From the human T2T-CHM13v2.0 reference genome, Homo sapiens: a stretch of DNA of 64,000 nt. Made by a program: the position numbers and the translations under genes. This document shows positions 14,242 through 31,890 of the stretch, one piece after another; position 1 is the first letter of the stretch, and each line of letters starts with the position of its first letter. A model generated the notes under the pieces. It searched no databases. It saw nothing but the letters and a program-made list of their open reading frames with translations, and was not told the origin of the DNA. The stretch lies in assembly GCF_009914755.1 (NCBI RefSeq), contig NC_060939.1; one strand, given 5' to 3'.

Positions 14242-14360
14242 CATTCATGAGAAATCCACCCCATGATCCAATCACCTCCCACCAGGCCCTACCTCCAACA
14301 TTGGGGATTATTACAATTCCACATGAGATTTGGGTGGAGACACTGATCCAAACTGTATCA
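14242..14360 (-). mobile_element. Truncated MST LTR (first ~120 bp only)
   Basis: Its reverse complement aligns to the start of the MST copy at 8365-8480. Confidence 0.85.
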
Positions 14361-14687
14361 CCTGCATACACATTAATTCTTTTATTACTCGGAGCTAGAG
14401 CACCAGGAATGAGATTGCTAGATTGAAGGGTATATCTAGTTTTAATTTTAATAACTGTTGCCAGGTTGCTTTCCAAAAATGCCATAACAATTTATGTTTC
14501 AGCAACAATGTATTAGAGAATGCTTTCCCTGAATCTTTGCCCACAAACATATTAACACATTTCGTTTTTAATCAGTTTGATGGGTATAAAGTGTTGTGTT
14601 GTTTAATTTGCATTTTTCTAATTACCGACAAACTTCAGCACCATTTTCTGTTGGTCATTTGGATTTGAGCCTCTGTGATTTGCTGTG

Positions 14688-15205
14688 TTAATTGGATTAG
14701 GTTTATTTGCATATGGCAGAAAAACCAAAAACAACAGAGGCTTAAATTGGATAGAAATTTGTTTTTGTCCCTTGTAAAAGTATTCTGGAGGAAGGGAGTG
14801 CGGGATTGGTATTGTGGCTTTGCAAACTAATCAGGGACCCAGGCGTCTTCTAGGGCTGCATTTTGCTCTCCTTAGGGAATGGCTGTGGTCCTCAGCCCCA
14901 CGTTCCAAGATGGCTGCTAGAGTGCCAGGCATCACACCCTCATTCCAACCAGCAGGGGAGAGGCAGGCACAAAGGAGGACACACTCCTTCCCTTTAAGGA
15001 GTCTTCCTGGACATAACACACAACACTTCTGCTTGCATATATTGAATCAGAATTTAGTCACATGGCTATACCTATCTGCAAGGGAGGCTGGGAAACATGG
15101 TCTTTCAATTAGATAAATGGCAACTCTGAGTAACATCAGGATTCTATTACTGAGAAGGATGGGGGTTGGGGGGATGGCAATTGAAGTAAGTACCTAGAAA
15201 TCTCT
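14688..15205 (-). mobile_element. Old MLT1 LTR (MLT1K/L-like)
   Basis: CAAGATGGCTGCTAGAG...GCATCACAC...GTCACATGGC...TGCAAGGGAGGCTGGGAAA. Confidence 0.7.
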
Positions 15206-15280
15206 GCTAAAACTGCCTTCCTTTTGCCAGTTTTTTTTCCATTTGGCTATTTGCCTTTTTTTTTTTTTTTTTTGTCAATA

Positions 15281-16012
<732 letters not shown>

Positions 16013-16102
16013 TATATGTATGTATGTGTGTGTTTATGTATCATTTCTTTGGAGCTTTTTGGATTTTGGAATTGTAAACAAGAAATTGCGACCCATATTT
16101 TC

Positions 16103-16235
16103 ACCCCTATTTTACAGAGGAGGAAACTGAGACACAGAAAAGTGAAGTAACCCGCCTGGGGTCACACAGTAGAGGTCTAAGTCAGGATTCAAAGCCAGCA
16201 GTCTGGCCCAGAGCTCCAAATCTTTGGCCTTACAA
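16103..16235 (-). mobile_element. MIR
   Basis: ATTTTACAGAGGAGGAAACTGAGACACAGA...GGTCACACAG...GGATTCAAA. Confidence 0.8.
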
Positions 16236-17526
16236 TACTTTGCCACCGCAACAGCGTGATCGGTGACAGGCCCGCTGTCTGTCCTGGGACGGGTCAGCTG
16301 AGCCCCCATTCTGAGAGTGAGCCCTCTGGCTGCTTGTTGCACACTGGGCTTGGGTTGCAGGGCTGCAGGCCCCCTCGCTGGCTGGCTCCTGGAAGCGCTG
16401 TGCTCCCACAAAAAGCCAGCCAGGCCTGAGGGCTCAGGGCTCACAGGTCCATGGAAATCAGCCCCAGGTGACTCCTTCCCACCTCTGCCCATGAAATGTG
16501 CCTCCCAGGCTCCAGGTTTCCCCTGGAATACAGGCCCCTGGTGTTCCCAGTGCTGTACCTGCAGTGTCTGCTTTGCTCTGAGGCCATGGCATTATTGACT
16601 TAAAATAAGCTGCTTGGGCTTTTAAAAAACAAAGAATCTGCAGACTCTGTAGCCCTTTTCCTTTCCACCTGTGCTGGGGAGCATGGCAGTGGAGAGGGTG
16701 GGCAGGCCGCTTCCTGTTGCGTAGGTCAGGCCCCCCCCAGCCCGCCCTGCTCCACGCTCTGGCCCCTCTATCAAGAGCTATTTCTCATTTTTTCCAAGCA
16801 TGAGGTTCAGGTGTCTCCATCCTCCCAGGCCCCCGGCCCCCTGCCCAGGGATGCCTTTTATGGGACCATGTCTGCCCTCAACTGGGCCGCCCTCCGAGTT
16901 CTCTCCATTTTATTCCCCTGATGCCTGAAGTGGTGTTTGTTTGTTTGTTTGGTTGTTTCTGGAGATCCGAATACACAACACTTGGGGTTGAGGTTTTTTT
17001 TTACTTTGCTGGCTGGAGTCTGCTTCTCTAAGGGTGGAGGAGGGAATGAAGAAAAGTCCTGAGCACATTGCTTTAGAAACCTAATCTAGTGTGGTCAAGT
17101 GGAAACTCAAGGGCAGTCTGTCTTGGAGGAGAGCGAGAGGGACAGGCAGACAGGTCGTGGGGCTCCCTCTTCTGGGCCTGCCGAATACAACCTGCTCCGC
17201 CCATGCCTCACTTGGTCCTTGCAACCCAGGACTCGTGCTTTTCCTCCCCCTAGTTAATTTAGTCCATTATTTTTTCATTCTCCATAGAATATTGGTTTTG
17301 TAACACTCAATACAGTTTAATATATACCATTTAGACAAAAGTTCCACCTTACGAAAGATCAGCAAAAATACATCAGCAAAGATATAACTAGTGCATTTAT
17401 AAAATACATCATAACAAGGAATCCAAACGATCACACACAATAATCTTCACGTTTGACATACTGGTTACAGCCTAGGAGAGCTCGCTAAATGCCAGTGTCT
17501 TTGGCAAGTGATTCACATCTGTAAGC

Positions 17527-18307
<781 letters not shown>

Positions 18308-18498
18308 AAGCAGTAACACTGATCAATCCTAACACCTCTGAAATGTTAGTTCTTGATCAGATAAACCCAAAATAAATCAACAAGAGTACTGAAATATGAC
18401 GAGGATGAAATCCAAAGTTTTTGAAAGGGGCAATGTTTAATAATAAGAAGAATGTTGAATTGGGAGCTAGTATATTTGGGTTCTTGTCTTTTTCCTGA

Positions 18499-18843
<345 letters not shown>

Positions 18844-19425
18844 TAAATCCTTCACTTTTAAAATGGGAGAGTTGGCTGGATGTTTCCCTATGGTCTTTCT
18901 AGGTTTAATTTTCCATGCTTCTAAAATCTTCCACGCTGGTTCATTTTGGTGTTGCAAAATGCAATCTCTAACAATTCTAACTTGGTAGTTGGAGTGAATC
19001 CAGCTCTGCCCACACAAATCTGCTCAAATAGTCGTCTGTCTTCTGAGCCGCGAGAGAGCTCAGTCCTCAAATTAACGAACTGTGATGACAGGCTTCATGA
19101 GGCTCACAGCTGGTTCTCCACTAGACACAAACTCAAGATAAGTAGTTTTAAAGGTCTCAAAGTCATGGTTTGAACTTCCTCACAGCTGGGGCAAAAAGGG
19201 ACACACCCTAAGTTTCTCAATTCTCACTATGTACCACCTCACAAATTCCATCCCCAGCCTCTTTCCTTACCCCTCACTAAGGTTCTCAAGGCTTCAATAA
19301 GCACCTACTGTATGCCAGGCTCAGGGCAAGGAAGAGATAGCCCTGTCCTCAGAGGGCTCTCAGTGGAGGGGACAGTTTTCTAAACCCTTGTGGATATTCC
19401 AATTCCTGGGGCATGAATTAGTTGA

Positions 19426-19912
<487 letters not shown>

Positions 19913-20497
19913 TAAAGATGATTCTACTCGTTGGTGTGGACATGAGTCCTGGGACATGAGTTCAGAGCAAAATTGAAAGCTTAACCCAGAGAGTTAAAGA
20001 GTTAAAGCTTAACCAGAGAGTTAAGTTTAACTCTCATAGTTTAAAAACAATTTTATTAACATATTATATGTCAATTTTGTGAGACCTCATGTCCTTTTTG
20101 AAAAAAAAAATAAAAAATAAAGAAAAGAAATGCATGTGGCTGCTGTTGCTGGGGGAGGTTGTGGCTCTGTGTCCTCCAGGGAAGGGGACCCAGCACAGAG
20201 CACTGAGGTGCAGGCTGGACAGGCCAGGACTGCACGGCACGCAGCCTGCTATGTCAGCTGGCCCCAGATGAGCCCCATGCATTACAGACACTTAGGAAGC
20301 AAAGCCTTCCACCAGGACGCTGGACAACTCAAGACACACAGACTATGCCTAAGGCCGACAGCTGTGGGAGGAGGCCTGGCCTGGAAGAGTAGGCTGTTAC
20401 TTGTCCCTCCTTTGTGATGGGAGCTGACACTGACAGAGGAAGCCATGGCACCTTTTCCAGCTAGCAGGAGGGTGGCCCCATTTCAGGCCTGTTGTTC

Positions 20498-20787
20498 TTT
20501 TTTTTGAGGTGGAGTCTTGCTTTGTTGCCCAGGCTGGAGTGCAGTGGCATGATCCTTGGCTCACTGCAACCTCTGCCTCCTGGGTTCAAGTGATTCTCCT
20601 GCCTCAGCCTTCCGAGTAGCTGGGATTACAGGCACCCGCCACCAGGCCCAGCTAATTTTTGTATTTTTAGTAGGACAGGATTTCGCCATGTTGGCCAGGC
20701 TGGTCTCGAACTCGTGACTTCAGGTGATCCGCCTGCCTCAGCCTCCCAAAGTGCTGGGATGACAGGCATAAGCCGCCGCGCCTGGCC
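20498..20787 (-). mobile_element. Alu (AluS)
   Basis: Reverse-complement Alu dimer. Confidence 0.95.
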
Positions 20788-20904
20788 CTGAGCTGTTGTT
20801 CTTGGCATTCTGAACGCTCCATTTGTCATCTGCACAAAGCCCAAGTCAAAAATGTCAGGTATCATTACGGATGGCACCTAGACTAGGCAGATACTCCCTT
20901 TTAG

Positions 20905-21473
<569 letters not shown>

Positions 21474-22533
21474 GCCTTCTCTATTCAGTCGTCTCAATTG
21501 CAGGGCCCTTCCCTGCTCCCCAGGTGGGCTGGGTTAAGAAGCCAGGACAGAGTCTTCAGTGAGCCCTGAAGTGGGTTCTTTGCTCCCAGGTCTGGGTTCT
21601 TCTATAGTGAATTCTCCTGGCTGTCAGCTCCACCTTCCTCCCTGAGAGGTACTCGGACAACCTTCTTTTCCTCTTGCCCTGGGAGAATATTTGCTTCATT
21701 TTTTTCCCCCCTGGAGACCTGAATTTATTCTTTAATGGAAATTTAAGCACTTTGAATTTCATCTGGCTTCTGCTTTATTATCTTAGGGTTAAATGCTAAT
21801 TTCTGTTTTTAAGAAAAGCCTTTCGGTTTTTTTAAAGTCTTGAATCCAGTCCCAGTGCAATCCAAAAAGATGGGTTTATTACATCAGGATCACAGACAGA
21901 CGAGACTTTTGCCTTAGAAGGAAGCTAAATAGCATCTGGTTCACCCTCTGCATTTTGTTAATTTTAAAAAATCTCAGTTCCTCTTATTTCCCATGCCCAG
22001 CATTCAGAACTGGATCCAAGTTTTGGGGACATGAAGCTTATTATACAATTTTGGGGATAGGTGTTGTCCTCTTGATGAGAAAGAGACAAAGTTACAGACA
22101 GAATTCAATGCAGGGCCTTGGACAGGGCGGCTCAGGTGAGGGACTGCAAGCTTAGGCTTTGTTGCCTTCACAGTAAACCCGCCTCTGCAACAAGCATGTT
22201 CTGTGGATGCCTTGGGTGCTTCCTGTACATTCCTGTGTCATTTTACCTTCAACACCCGAACAAGAAATATTTCCTGCGTAGGTACTTTACACATATTACC
22301 TTGTTATCTCCAGGTAGTGCTGCGTCCATTTTATCATGTCTGTACATAAGGTAGGTACTTCATTCCCCAACAGGGGAAAAAAAGAGCTTACTGTTCCCAG
22401 TAATTCCAGGAAAAGGCATGGGAAGGGCTTCCATTGTCTGCCTTGGGTGATGTCGAGCTGCCTTAAGCTGACGGCTTGACAGTGGGGGTGAAGGGCGGTG
22501 ACTCCCCCAGGGAATAGCAGGACATTGGAATCA

Positions 22534-22950
<417 letters not shown>

Positions 22951-23452
22951 GGAAGGCATTTGGCTGAGTCTTTGCTAGAATGTGGGAGGGCAGGGCAGGG
23001 GCAGGGCTAAGACAATAATTTCAAGATAACTTCACTTGAGGTGGGGTGGAAAGTGCACTGAATTCATCCAACAGCCTTAGTTGTACTTTCAAGGTCGGCA
23101 TCATCCTCCCCGGCAGGCAGGTGAAGAGAGGCTCCGTGGCTTGTCCTGGCCCAGCCCTTCCGTGACAGTGCCTTTGGCCTCATGGACTGAGGTTTCAGGA
23201 AGTTTGCGACAGTGTCTGCGGGTCTGGACACTCATGTGACATGTGGAGGACGTCCTGCAACATGCTGTGGAAACACCCTCATTTGTCTCCAGCGCTGGGG
23301 ATTGCCCAGGGAAGAGCCGCCTGTTGTCCATTCCCCAGGCCTTGTAATACTTTCTCTAACTGTGCTTGGGGGTCCTGGAATTTGTGTGAGAAAATCCATG
23401 GGTCCACATCTGGGCTGTCCGGGTAGAGGGGCCATCCGTACCCCTCCCTCAC

Positions 23453-23908
23453 TGTGATGGGTGGCACTGCATCCTCTGAGGACTCGTATGTTGAAGCCCC
23501 GTCCCCTGTACCGCAGAACTGGTCCCATTTAGGTTGTTGCAGATGTAACGAGTTAAGACGAGGCCATACTGGAGTAGGGTGGGTCCCTAATGCGGTGCAA
23601 CTGGTGTCCTTATAAAAAGGGGAAATTCGGACCCAGAGACAGGCTCGCACGTAGGGAGAACACCAAGTGAAGATGAGGGCAGGGATGGGGCGAGACCTAC
23701 AGGCCAAGGAACACAGAAGATTGTGACAACCACCAGAAGTTAGACAAGAGGCCTGGAGCAGTCCCCAGTCAGGGCCCCCAGGAGGAACCAACCCTGCCTC
23801 ACCTTGATCTCAGACTTCTCGACTCCAGAGCTGTGACAAGATAAATGTCTGCTGTTGAAGCCGCACAGTTTGTGGTACTTCATGGCAATCCCAGGAGATT
23901 AATATATG
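23453..23908 (+). mobile_element. MLT1 (MLT1B-like) solo LTR
   Basis: TATGTTGAAG...CTGGTGTCCTTATAAAAAGGGGAAATT...GGAACCAACCCTGC...ACCTTGATCTCAGACTTC...TTTGTGGTACTT. Confidence 0.85.
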
Positions 23909-25903
23909 CACATCACGCAGCCCAGGACCCCAGCAGGCCTGCAGGCTCTGGCAGCGGCTGTTGGAAGTGGCCCGTGGTCTGCCCGGGGGAGACACTGACA
24001 AGGCCTCCCAGGCTGCCGTTAGCCTCCTCCGGTCTGCCCTGGCTGACTTTTCCCCCTTTCTCTTTTCCCAAAACAAACCCCAGCCCTCTTGGGACTCATT
24101 CATTTCTGTTTACCAGAAACTTAGCATGTAACTGTCTCAGAGCTGTTAAAAGTGCCGCCTCTTCACTGCAGGGTCCTTGCCTCAAGTTAATTAGCCTGAG
24201 GAAATTTCCAGACGCTCCCTTTCCAAAAGGCTGTTTGGAAAAAGCCCTCCCTGGGTGACCTCTGGCAGTGTGAGGGGCTGAGGGCTACCCTCCTCCCTGG
24301 GAGCAGACAGCTCTGCCACTTCCCCATGTGCATCCTCCAGTCAGTGACTGGACATCTCCAGGCCTCAGTTTCCCCGCCTGTGCAGCGGAGGGCTGTTAGG
24401 AGGATTAACTAGAACACTGCGGTGCTTGGTGTGTAGAGAGTCCTCTCCATGTGTTGGTTACTAGACCCTTTGTTCATGTTGTTTCCATAGAGAATAAAAC
24501 AAAACAGGAACACTTGCTTGGGGGAGGGAGGGTGCAGGAAAGGTTGTCCAGTTGCAAGCGTGAGAGAGATTTATGTGTGTCATTTTGAGCCTCTGAAATG
24601 GCAGATCCCTCCCGGGAGGGACAGTCCCTGAGCCAGCATCCCCAGCACCCCCAAGGAGTTAGAAAGGCCAAACCTGGAGTGCCGCCCAGGAACACTGCAA
24701 CAGAAAATGCATTTTAACACCCAGAGATTGGGGGTGCCCCATTACAGAGGCACTGCTTTACTGCTGGGGCCACCACCCATGCAAACCCTTTGCCTCGGAA
24801 AGACCAGCCCAGATGCCTCCCTCCAACAGAGCCAGCGTCCCTGGCTGCCCTCTGGTTCTTTCCCAGGGGCACTCCTTGCATTGCTGTGACACTGCCGTCA
24901 CTTGCACCCCCATTCATTGCTCTTTGCAGACACTTCCCTCCCCCAGCAATGTGACTGAGGAAAGAAGGAGGGTTCCATGGTGAATATGAGGGATGTGGGC
25001 ATGGCATATCTGGGAAGGAAAGGGGGACCCCCGACACCCCGTCCCAGTTCTCCAAAGCCCTCGGAGCCTGCAGAAGAGCTCTGCACGAAGGAATAGGATT
25101 GGCAGAGGGACAGAGCCTCTCTGTCAGGCAGAAGTCAAGTTGAGTGATGGGCACCCACCTGGACAGCTGAGACAGGGTCTCAATGTCTGACCAGGCTGAA
25201 GGGGAACTTGGGAGGGCTGGTTCTTAGCAATGGAAAGGTTGGCGTGACACTGAACTCTGCCTCTCGAAAGCCCGACCCCACCTATGGGAGACGGCAGCGG
25301 TAGAGGTCACCAGCATTGCTTAGAAGCAGCCCCCTGCAGACGTCTCCCCTACCCCCACCCTGGGCACCAGAAGGGGAAGCCCGCAAGAAAGGGCAAGGCC
25401 AGCGCAGGATCAAAGCTCAGCCTCCTCTCCAGCTCCAAGACTGTGGCTCTGGCTGGCATGGGAAGGGGAGATGAGTTTCAAATGGAGCTTGAGAGTGAAG
25501 ATTTAACCAGTGAACGGGATGGAATCCTAACTCCTACAAGCAGTAACCAAAAGAAGTCGAAAGCTTATGGCTCCCTAATAAGGACTTAGGGAGCTGCTGC
25601 CCAGTGGGAAAGGGGGGTTCTGCAGTTGAGAGGTAGATGCTGGAGGAAACCAAACCATATTGTGTATAAACCGCAGGGGAGAGACTCCTCAACCATATGG
25701 CTCTGCTGACCCGTGGTGAGGATGGAATGGATGAGGATGCAGGCCCTGTAACTGGATCAGTAAAAGGCCCCACCACTTGGAGCAATGAACCTTCTGTTGA
25801 GCTCCTTCACCCCCTGTTCTTCCTGCTCAATCAATTCGTAGGCCTCCATATAGTCCTTTCTTTCAGCCTGAAGAAAGGTGTCCATTACCACCCCCAGTGC
25901 CCC

Positions 25904-26227
25904 TTGCATTAGTCAGGTCTTTCAGTGAAACAGAACCAATAGGAGATTCATATAATAAATAATTGGCTCCTGTGACTGTGGAGGCTGACAAGTCCCAAGA
26001 TCTGCAGTTGGCCAGCTGGAGACCCAGGAGAGCCGGTGACGCGGTTCCAGTCTGAAGCCAGCAGACCCAAGACCCAGGAACAGCTAATGCTTAAGTTTGA
26101 GTCCAAAGGTTGGGGGGCTTGGAGAGGGTGACAAATGTCCCAGCTTGAAGGCAGTCAGGCAGGAGGCGTTCCCTCTTACTCATGGGAGATCAGCCTTTAT
26201 GTTCTATTCAGACCTTCAGCTGATTGG
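25904..26227 (-). mobile_element. MLT2-family LTR, partial
   Basis: ATTAGTCAGG...GAAACAGAACCAATAGGA...GGAGGCTGACAAGTCCCAAGATCTGCAGTTGG. Confidence 0.8.
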
Positions 26228-26299
26228 CCACTTTCGCCCTCTCCTTGTGGTCCTGTCAAACTCCTGGGAAGGTGGGGAACACTTGCCCTCCTACTTCCT

Positions 26300-27200
26300 T
26301 GCCTGCCTCAGCTCCTCGGCCCACTCCACTTGAGCTTCTGCCTCCTGCACTGTCATTGGGTGAGTGGCTGATGGCTCACTGACTGCCAAGTCCAGTGGAC
26401 ATGGGCAGCCACACCTTACTTGACCTCTTTGGGACTCTCAGCCCTGCTGGCCTTGTCCCATCTTCGGTCCCTCCCAAGGGCTTCTGAGGTGCCACCGTGC
26501 ACTGCTGGTGTTTTCACAGCACTGACTGCCACTTTCTGGCTGGCCCCTTCATCTTGTTTGCTGACTCCTGGTCTTGTGTTTCAGCCTCTAACCCTGGTGT
26601 TACCAGAGATGTTGTAGGTTCTCTTTCATCCTTGACCTTTTCCGTGGGGTGGGTCACATCCTTTCTGCCCACTCACCAATGGCCCTCAAACCTGCCCCAC
26701 ATCCTTGACTTCTGCCTGTGTTCCCAACCTGTCTCTCCCACTGTTTCTGGACATTTCTGTCCACATGCCTCAAGACACATTGACACACAACCTTCCCCAA
26801 ACAGAACCCTTTATCTTCCCACTCACACTCCCTTGATATAGCCTATGGCCCCAACACCAGCCCCACACCGTCCTATACTCCTCCCTCTCCTCATGGTCAA
26901 TGGCCCACAGACGCTTCCAAGTGGACCTCTTAATCCCCATCACATCCATTCCTTCTTCCTCATCCTTAACAACACATCAAGCTGTCCAGCACCACTTCTT
27001 GTTTCCTTTCTAGCCTCCCTTTCTCCCATTTTCTCACATTGCTGGAATGATCTTGCTAAAATACAGTTTAGTTGTATCTGCCCCCACCCCCAGCTCTGGG
27101 GGCTATTACACAGAGCTGCTTATCATTTGCTGTAATTGTCATGCCCTTTCACATATCTATGGCTTAGCTCATATCATTCCCCTAGCCCAGAATTATTCTT
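26300..27200 (+). mobile_element. Degraded L2 fragments
   Basis: C/T-rich sequence with L2-like motifs (GCCAAGTCCAGTGGACA...CTTACTTGACCTCT). Confidence 0.45.
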
Positions 27201-27254
27201 TACCCTTTCTGCCTTATCACAAACTGCCTGGAAATAATAAAGCTTAGAGCAGGG

Positions 27255-28910
27255 TGAAAAATATAGAGAACAGAAGAATGATAGAGAAAATTAATGAAAC
27301 CAAAGTTGGTTCTTTGAAATGATAAAAAAAATTTGACAAACCTTTAACTAGACTGCCAAAGGAAAAGAAAGATTCAAATTACTAAAATCAAGAACGAAAG
27401 AGACAATTCCATCTGCATATTTTTCAAATATAGACAAGTTGATCTTATAATTCATATGGGATTAAAGGAGCCCAGAATAGCCCAAACAATCCTGGAAACA
27501 AGGTTGGAGGATGCACAGTTCTCTAATTCAAAACTTACTACAAAGCAACAGTAATCAAAATTGGCACGAGAATAACCATATATATCAGTGGACTAGAACT
27601 GACAGTCAAAAAAAGTCCTCACATTGAAGGTGTCAATGGATTTTTTACAAGAATTCTAAGACCATTAAACAGATGAAAGAATAGTCTTTTTTTTACAAAT
27701 TATAAATGTTCATCTCTAACACATACCACATACTAAAAATTAACTCAAAGATCTCAATATAAAAGTTAAAATTATAAAAATCAGAAGAAAACATAGGTTT
27801 GAAAATTTGTAATCTTGGATTAGGCAACAGCTTTGTGGATATGACACCAAAAGCACAAGCAATCAAAGAAAAAACAGATAAGCTGAACTTCATCAAAATT
27901 AAAAAAATTGTGCATCAAATAACACTATCAAAGTCAAAAGACAGACCACATACTGGAAGAAAATATTGCAAGTCATATATCTGATAAGTGTCTAGTTTCT
28001 AGAACATATAAAGAATTCAAAGAATTCATACAACTTAATAATAAAAAGACAACTCCAATTAAAAATGGAGAAAGAAATGGAATAGGCATTTCTACAAAGA
28101 AGACATAGAAATTACCAATAAGCACATGAAAATATATTCAGTATCACTAGTCATTAGGGAACTGCAAATCAAAACTACAGTGAGGTACCACTTCACACTC
28201 ACTAGTATGGCTATAATAAAAAATAATAACAAGTATCAACAAGGATGTGAAGAAATTGGAACCCTTATACATTTGTGGGTGGGAATGGAAAATTGTGCAG
28301 CAGCTGTGGAAAACAGCCTGGCAGTTCCTCAAAAAGTTAGATGTCCGGTTACCGTATGATCCAGCAATTCCACTACTAGGCATACATCCAAGAGAACTGA
28401 AAACATATGTTCACACAAAAATGTGTACGTGAATCTTCATGGTGGCATTCTTCGCAATAGCCAAAACAGAAACAACCCAAATGTCCTTTGACTGATGAAT
28501 ATATTAACAAAATGTGATAAATCCATACAATGGAATATTATTTAGCCTTAAAAAGATGTGAAGTATTGATACATGCTAAAACATGGATGAACCGTGAAAG
28601 TGTTAAAGAAATGTCAGTGAAGGAAGAAGCCAGATGTAAAAGACCACATATCGTATGGTTTCATTTATTTGGAATATCCAGAATAGGCAAACCTATAGAG
28701 GCAGCAAGTAGATTAGCGGTTGGCAGGAGCTGGGAGGAGTGCAGAAATGGAAGTGACACCTAATGGGTAGAAGGGATTTTGGGAGGCGATGAAAATGTCC
28801 TGGAATTAGATCATGGTGATGATTGCACAACTTGGTGAATATGTTAAAAATCACAGAAATGCGTCCGTTAAGATGGTGCATTTTATGCTACATAGATTGT
28901 ATCTCAAGAA
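27255..28910 (+). mobile_element. L1MB-like LINE-1 fragments (ORF2 C-terminus and 3'UTR)
   Basis: Remnants such as DMTPKAQAIKEKTDKLNFIKIK and LPYDPAIPLLGIHPRE; L1MB-type 3' end. Confidence 0.88.
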
Positions 28911-28914
28911 AACC

Positions 28915-31200
28915 TGGAATCTAATCTGGGATCACACATTGCACTCATTCTTCATGTCTCTTTAATCTCATTTAGAACACCGCACCTCCTTTCCTGCTCC
29001 CTCTTTTCATGATATTGGCATGTTTGAAAAGTCTAGGCCGGTCATTTTGTAGAATGTCCTGCAGTCTAGATTTGGCTTGTTTCCTTATGACTAGATTCAG
29101 GCTAAACAACTTTTTGGGGAGAAATTAATTTTCTTAATGTTTGTTGTTGGTGTGAAGAAACGCAAATGATTTTTCATAGTAACCTTTAGCCAGTAACCTT
29201 GATAAATTATTTCATGAGCTTTGATGTTTTACCTGTTTTCTTTTAATTTTTTATGCATGCAATCATGTTATCTGTAAATAATGACAGTTTACTTTTTCCT
29301 TTCTAATCTTCACCCTTTAGTTGCCTTTCCTTGCCTCACTGCACTGAACAGACGGTTATCTCCCAAACCTCCTAACGTTCATCTCGGGCAACCATTAGTC
29401 TATTTTCCAGCTCTGTAACTTCATTATTCCAAGAATAATGGAATCATATAGTGTGTAACCTTTTGAGATTGGCTTTAAAAAAAAAATACTTCCCTTGAAG
29501 TCTATTCAAGTTGTGTGTCAATGTCGACATGATTTTTAGAACCAGACTGCACAGATCTATTAGAGAACTGATATTTTTAAATATTGAATATTCCAGTCTA
29601 TTGCATAGTACATTGCTTACTTTATTTATATCTTTAAATTTTTTCTCTAAATGTTCATCTTTTTATTCTTTTTTAAAAAAGGTGGTACATAATTTTAATT
29701 GTATTCCCCTTTTCCTATGCTTTGGAAGATTTTGTGTAGAAGCAGTGTTCTTTCTTTCTTAAATGTTTGTAAGCATTCACTTGCAAAATTGTCTGCACCT
29801 GGTTTTCTTTGTGAGCAGATTTTTAATTACAATATCTTTTTTAATTTTTTTTGATGGTAATGTGTTTCTCAATGCTGTTTGTCTTTCAGCCTCTATTTCT
29901 CCTTCACTTTTTGAAGGATATTTTCACTGGGTATAGACTTCCAGTCTGGCAAGATGGCATCAAGATGCTGTTCCTTTGTTTCCTGGAGTCCATTGTTTCT
30001 ATTTTAAAATCAGTCATCAGTCTTAGTGTTGCTCCTTTGAAGATAATTTTCTTTTTTTTTTTCCAAATGCTTTCAGATTTTTCTCTGTTTTTGCTTTTCA
30101 TCAGTTTGCTATAATGTCCCTAGATATGGTGTTGCTTCTCTCCTTCTTGGGAATTATAGTGTTGCTTGTATCTGTGGTATCCCATCTTTTATTCATTTTT
30201 GAAAATTCTCTTCTTTTCAAATAGTACTTCTCCACTCTGTCTTCTCCTTTCCTCTGTGACTCCTCATAACAAATATGCTAGATATTTTTACCATACTCTA
30301 GACGCCTCTTATATTCCTTCTGTATTTTCCAACATTTTGTCTTTCTGTGCCTCAGCATGTATTTTTTTTCTGATTCCATCTCCCAATTCACTTTTTCTTC
30401 AGTTGAATTCAAACTCCTGTTAAACCAATCTATTGATTTCCTAATTTCAGTTTGTTCTAAAGTTTTAAGATTTAGGATTTCTATTTTGAATGCTTTCTCA
30501 TTCTCTGACAAAATACTTCTGTATTTCTTAAACCAATTAATTATAGCTGTATGAGGTTTGTTTCTGATAATTTCAAATCCTGGATGCTCCAAGGATATGT
30601 CCCTACTGTTCATTGATTATCTTGAGTTTTGTTAATATCTTAACCTCTACTATTCCTGGCTTTTTAAAAATTAAATGCCGGGCATTATATGTAAACATTT
30701 AAGAGGTAATTTGAGGTTCTGGATAATTGTATCTACATTTTAAGAGGATTACTTTTTCTCTAGGCAATGAGACTAGAAGCCCCAGTTACCCCAGGTCATC
30801 TTAATATCATCAGGGACTGACATAATTTTGCGGTTGGTCTTCAGTTCCTTTGAGGGCTGATCCCTTTTTAGTATCCCCAGGTCAAAATGATTTCAAATTC
30901 TGAGCTAACTTTTCTGGAATTCCGTCTCTTTTCCATAATTTCTCACTCACTTGTTTGCTTGCCAATGATGTCAAGATTTTCTGTTGTTCTTGAGGGAGAG
31001 CTGTTCTGATTCACTCAGTCTACCATTACCAAGCATGGAACCTATTTCATGACAGTTTGTTTCTTCATGTGTTTTGTGACTTTTGATTATAAAATCATGT
31101 TCCTAGTCACTATCTTTGAGAAATCGTTAAGGCCTCAGCTTAAACCTTTTGGAGAGAACTTATATTTGCTTATGCTAGATGCCAGGAAGCACAGTCAACT
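28915..31200 (-). mobile_element. Patchwork of old L1M fragments, including an ORF1 remnant
   Basis: Minus-strand IIFKGATLRLMTDFKIETMDSRKQ resembles the L1 ORF1p C-terminal domain. Confidence 0.65.
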
Positions 31201-31226
31201 TCAGATCACTTTAAACTAAAATTTCT

Positions 31227-31512
31227 GGCTGAGAGCAGTGGCTCATGCCTGTAATCTCAGCACTTCGGGAGGCTGAGGCAGGTGGATCACCTGAAGTCAG
31301 GAGTTTGAGATTAGCCTGGCTAACATGGTGAAACCCCATCTCTACTAAAAATACAAAACTTAGCCGGGCATGTTGGTGGGTGGCAGTAATTCCAGCTACT
31401 TGGGAGACTGAGGCAGGAGAATTGCTTGAACCTGGGAGGTGGAGGTTGCAGTGAGCCAATGCGCTCTAGCCTGGGTGACAGAGCGAGACTCCGTCTCAGA
31501 AAACAAACAAAC
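31227..31512 (+). mobile_element. Alu (AluS)
   Basis: Dimer with a short internal deletion. Confidence 0.93.
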
Positions 31513-31515
31513 CCA

Positions 31516-31890
<375 letters not shown>

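Noticed and set aside
23279-23791. 170-aa ORF (and the 197-aa ORF at 61868-62461)
   Set aside because: Both largely overlap LTRs and show no recognisable protein features.
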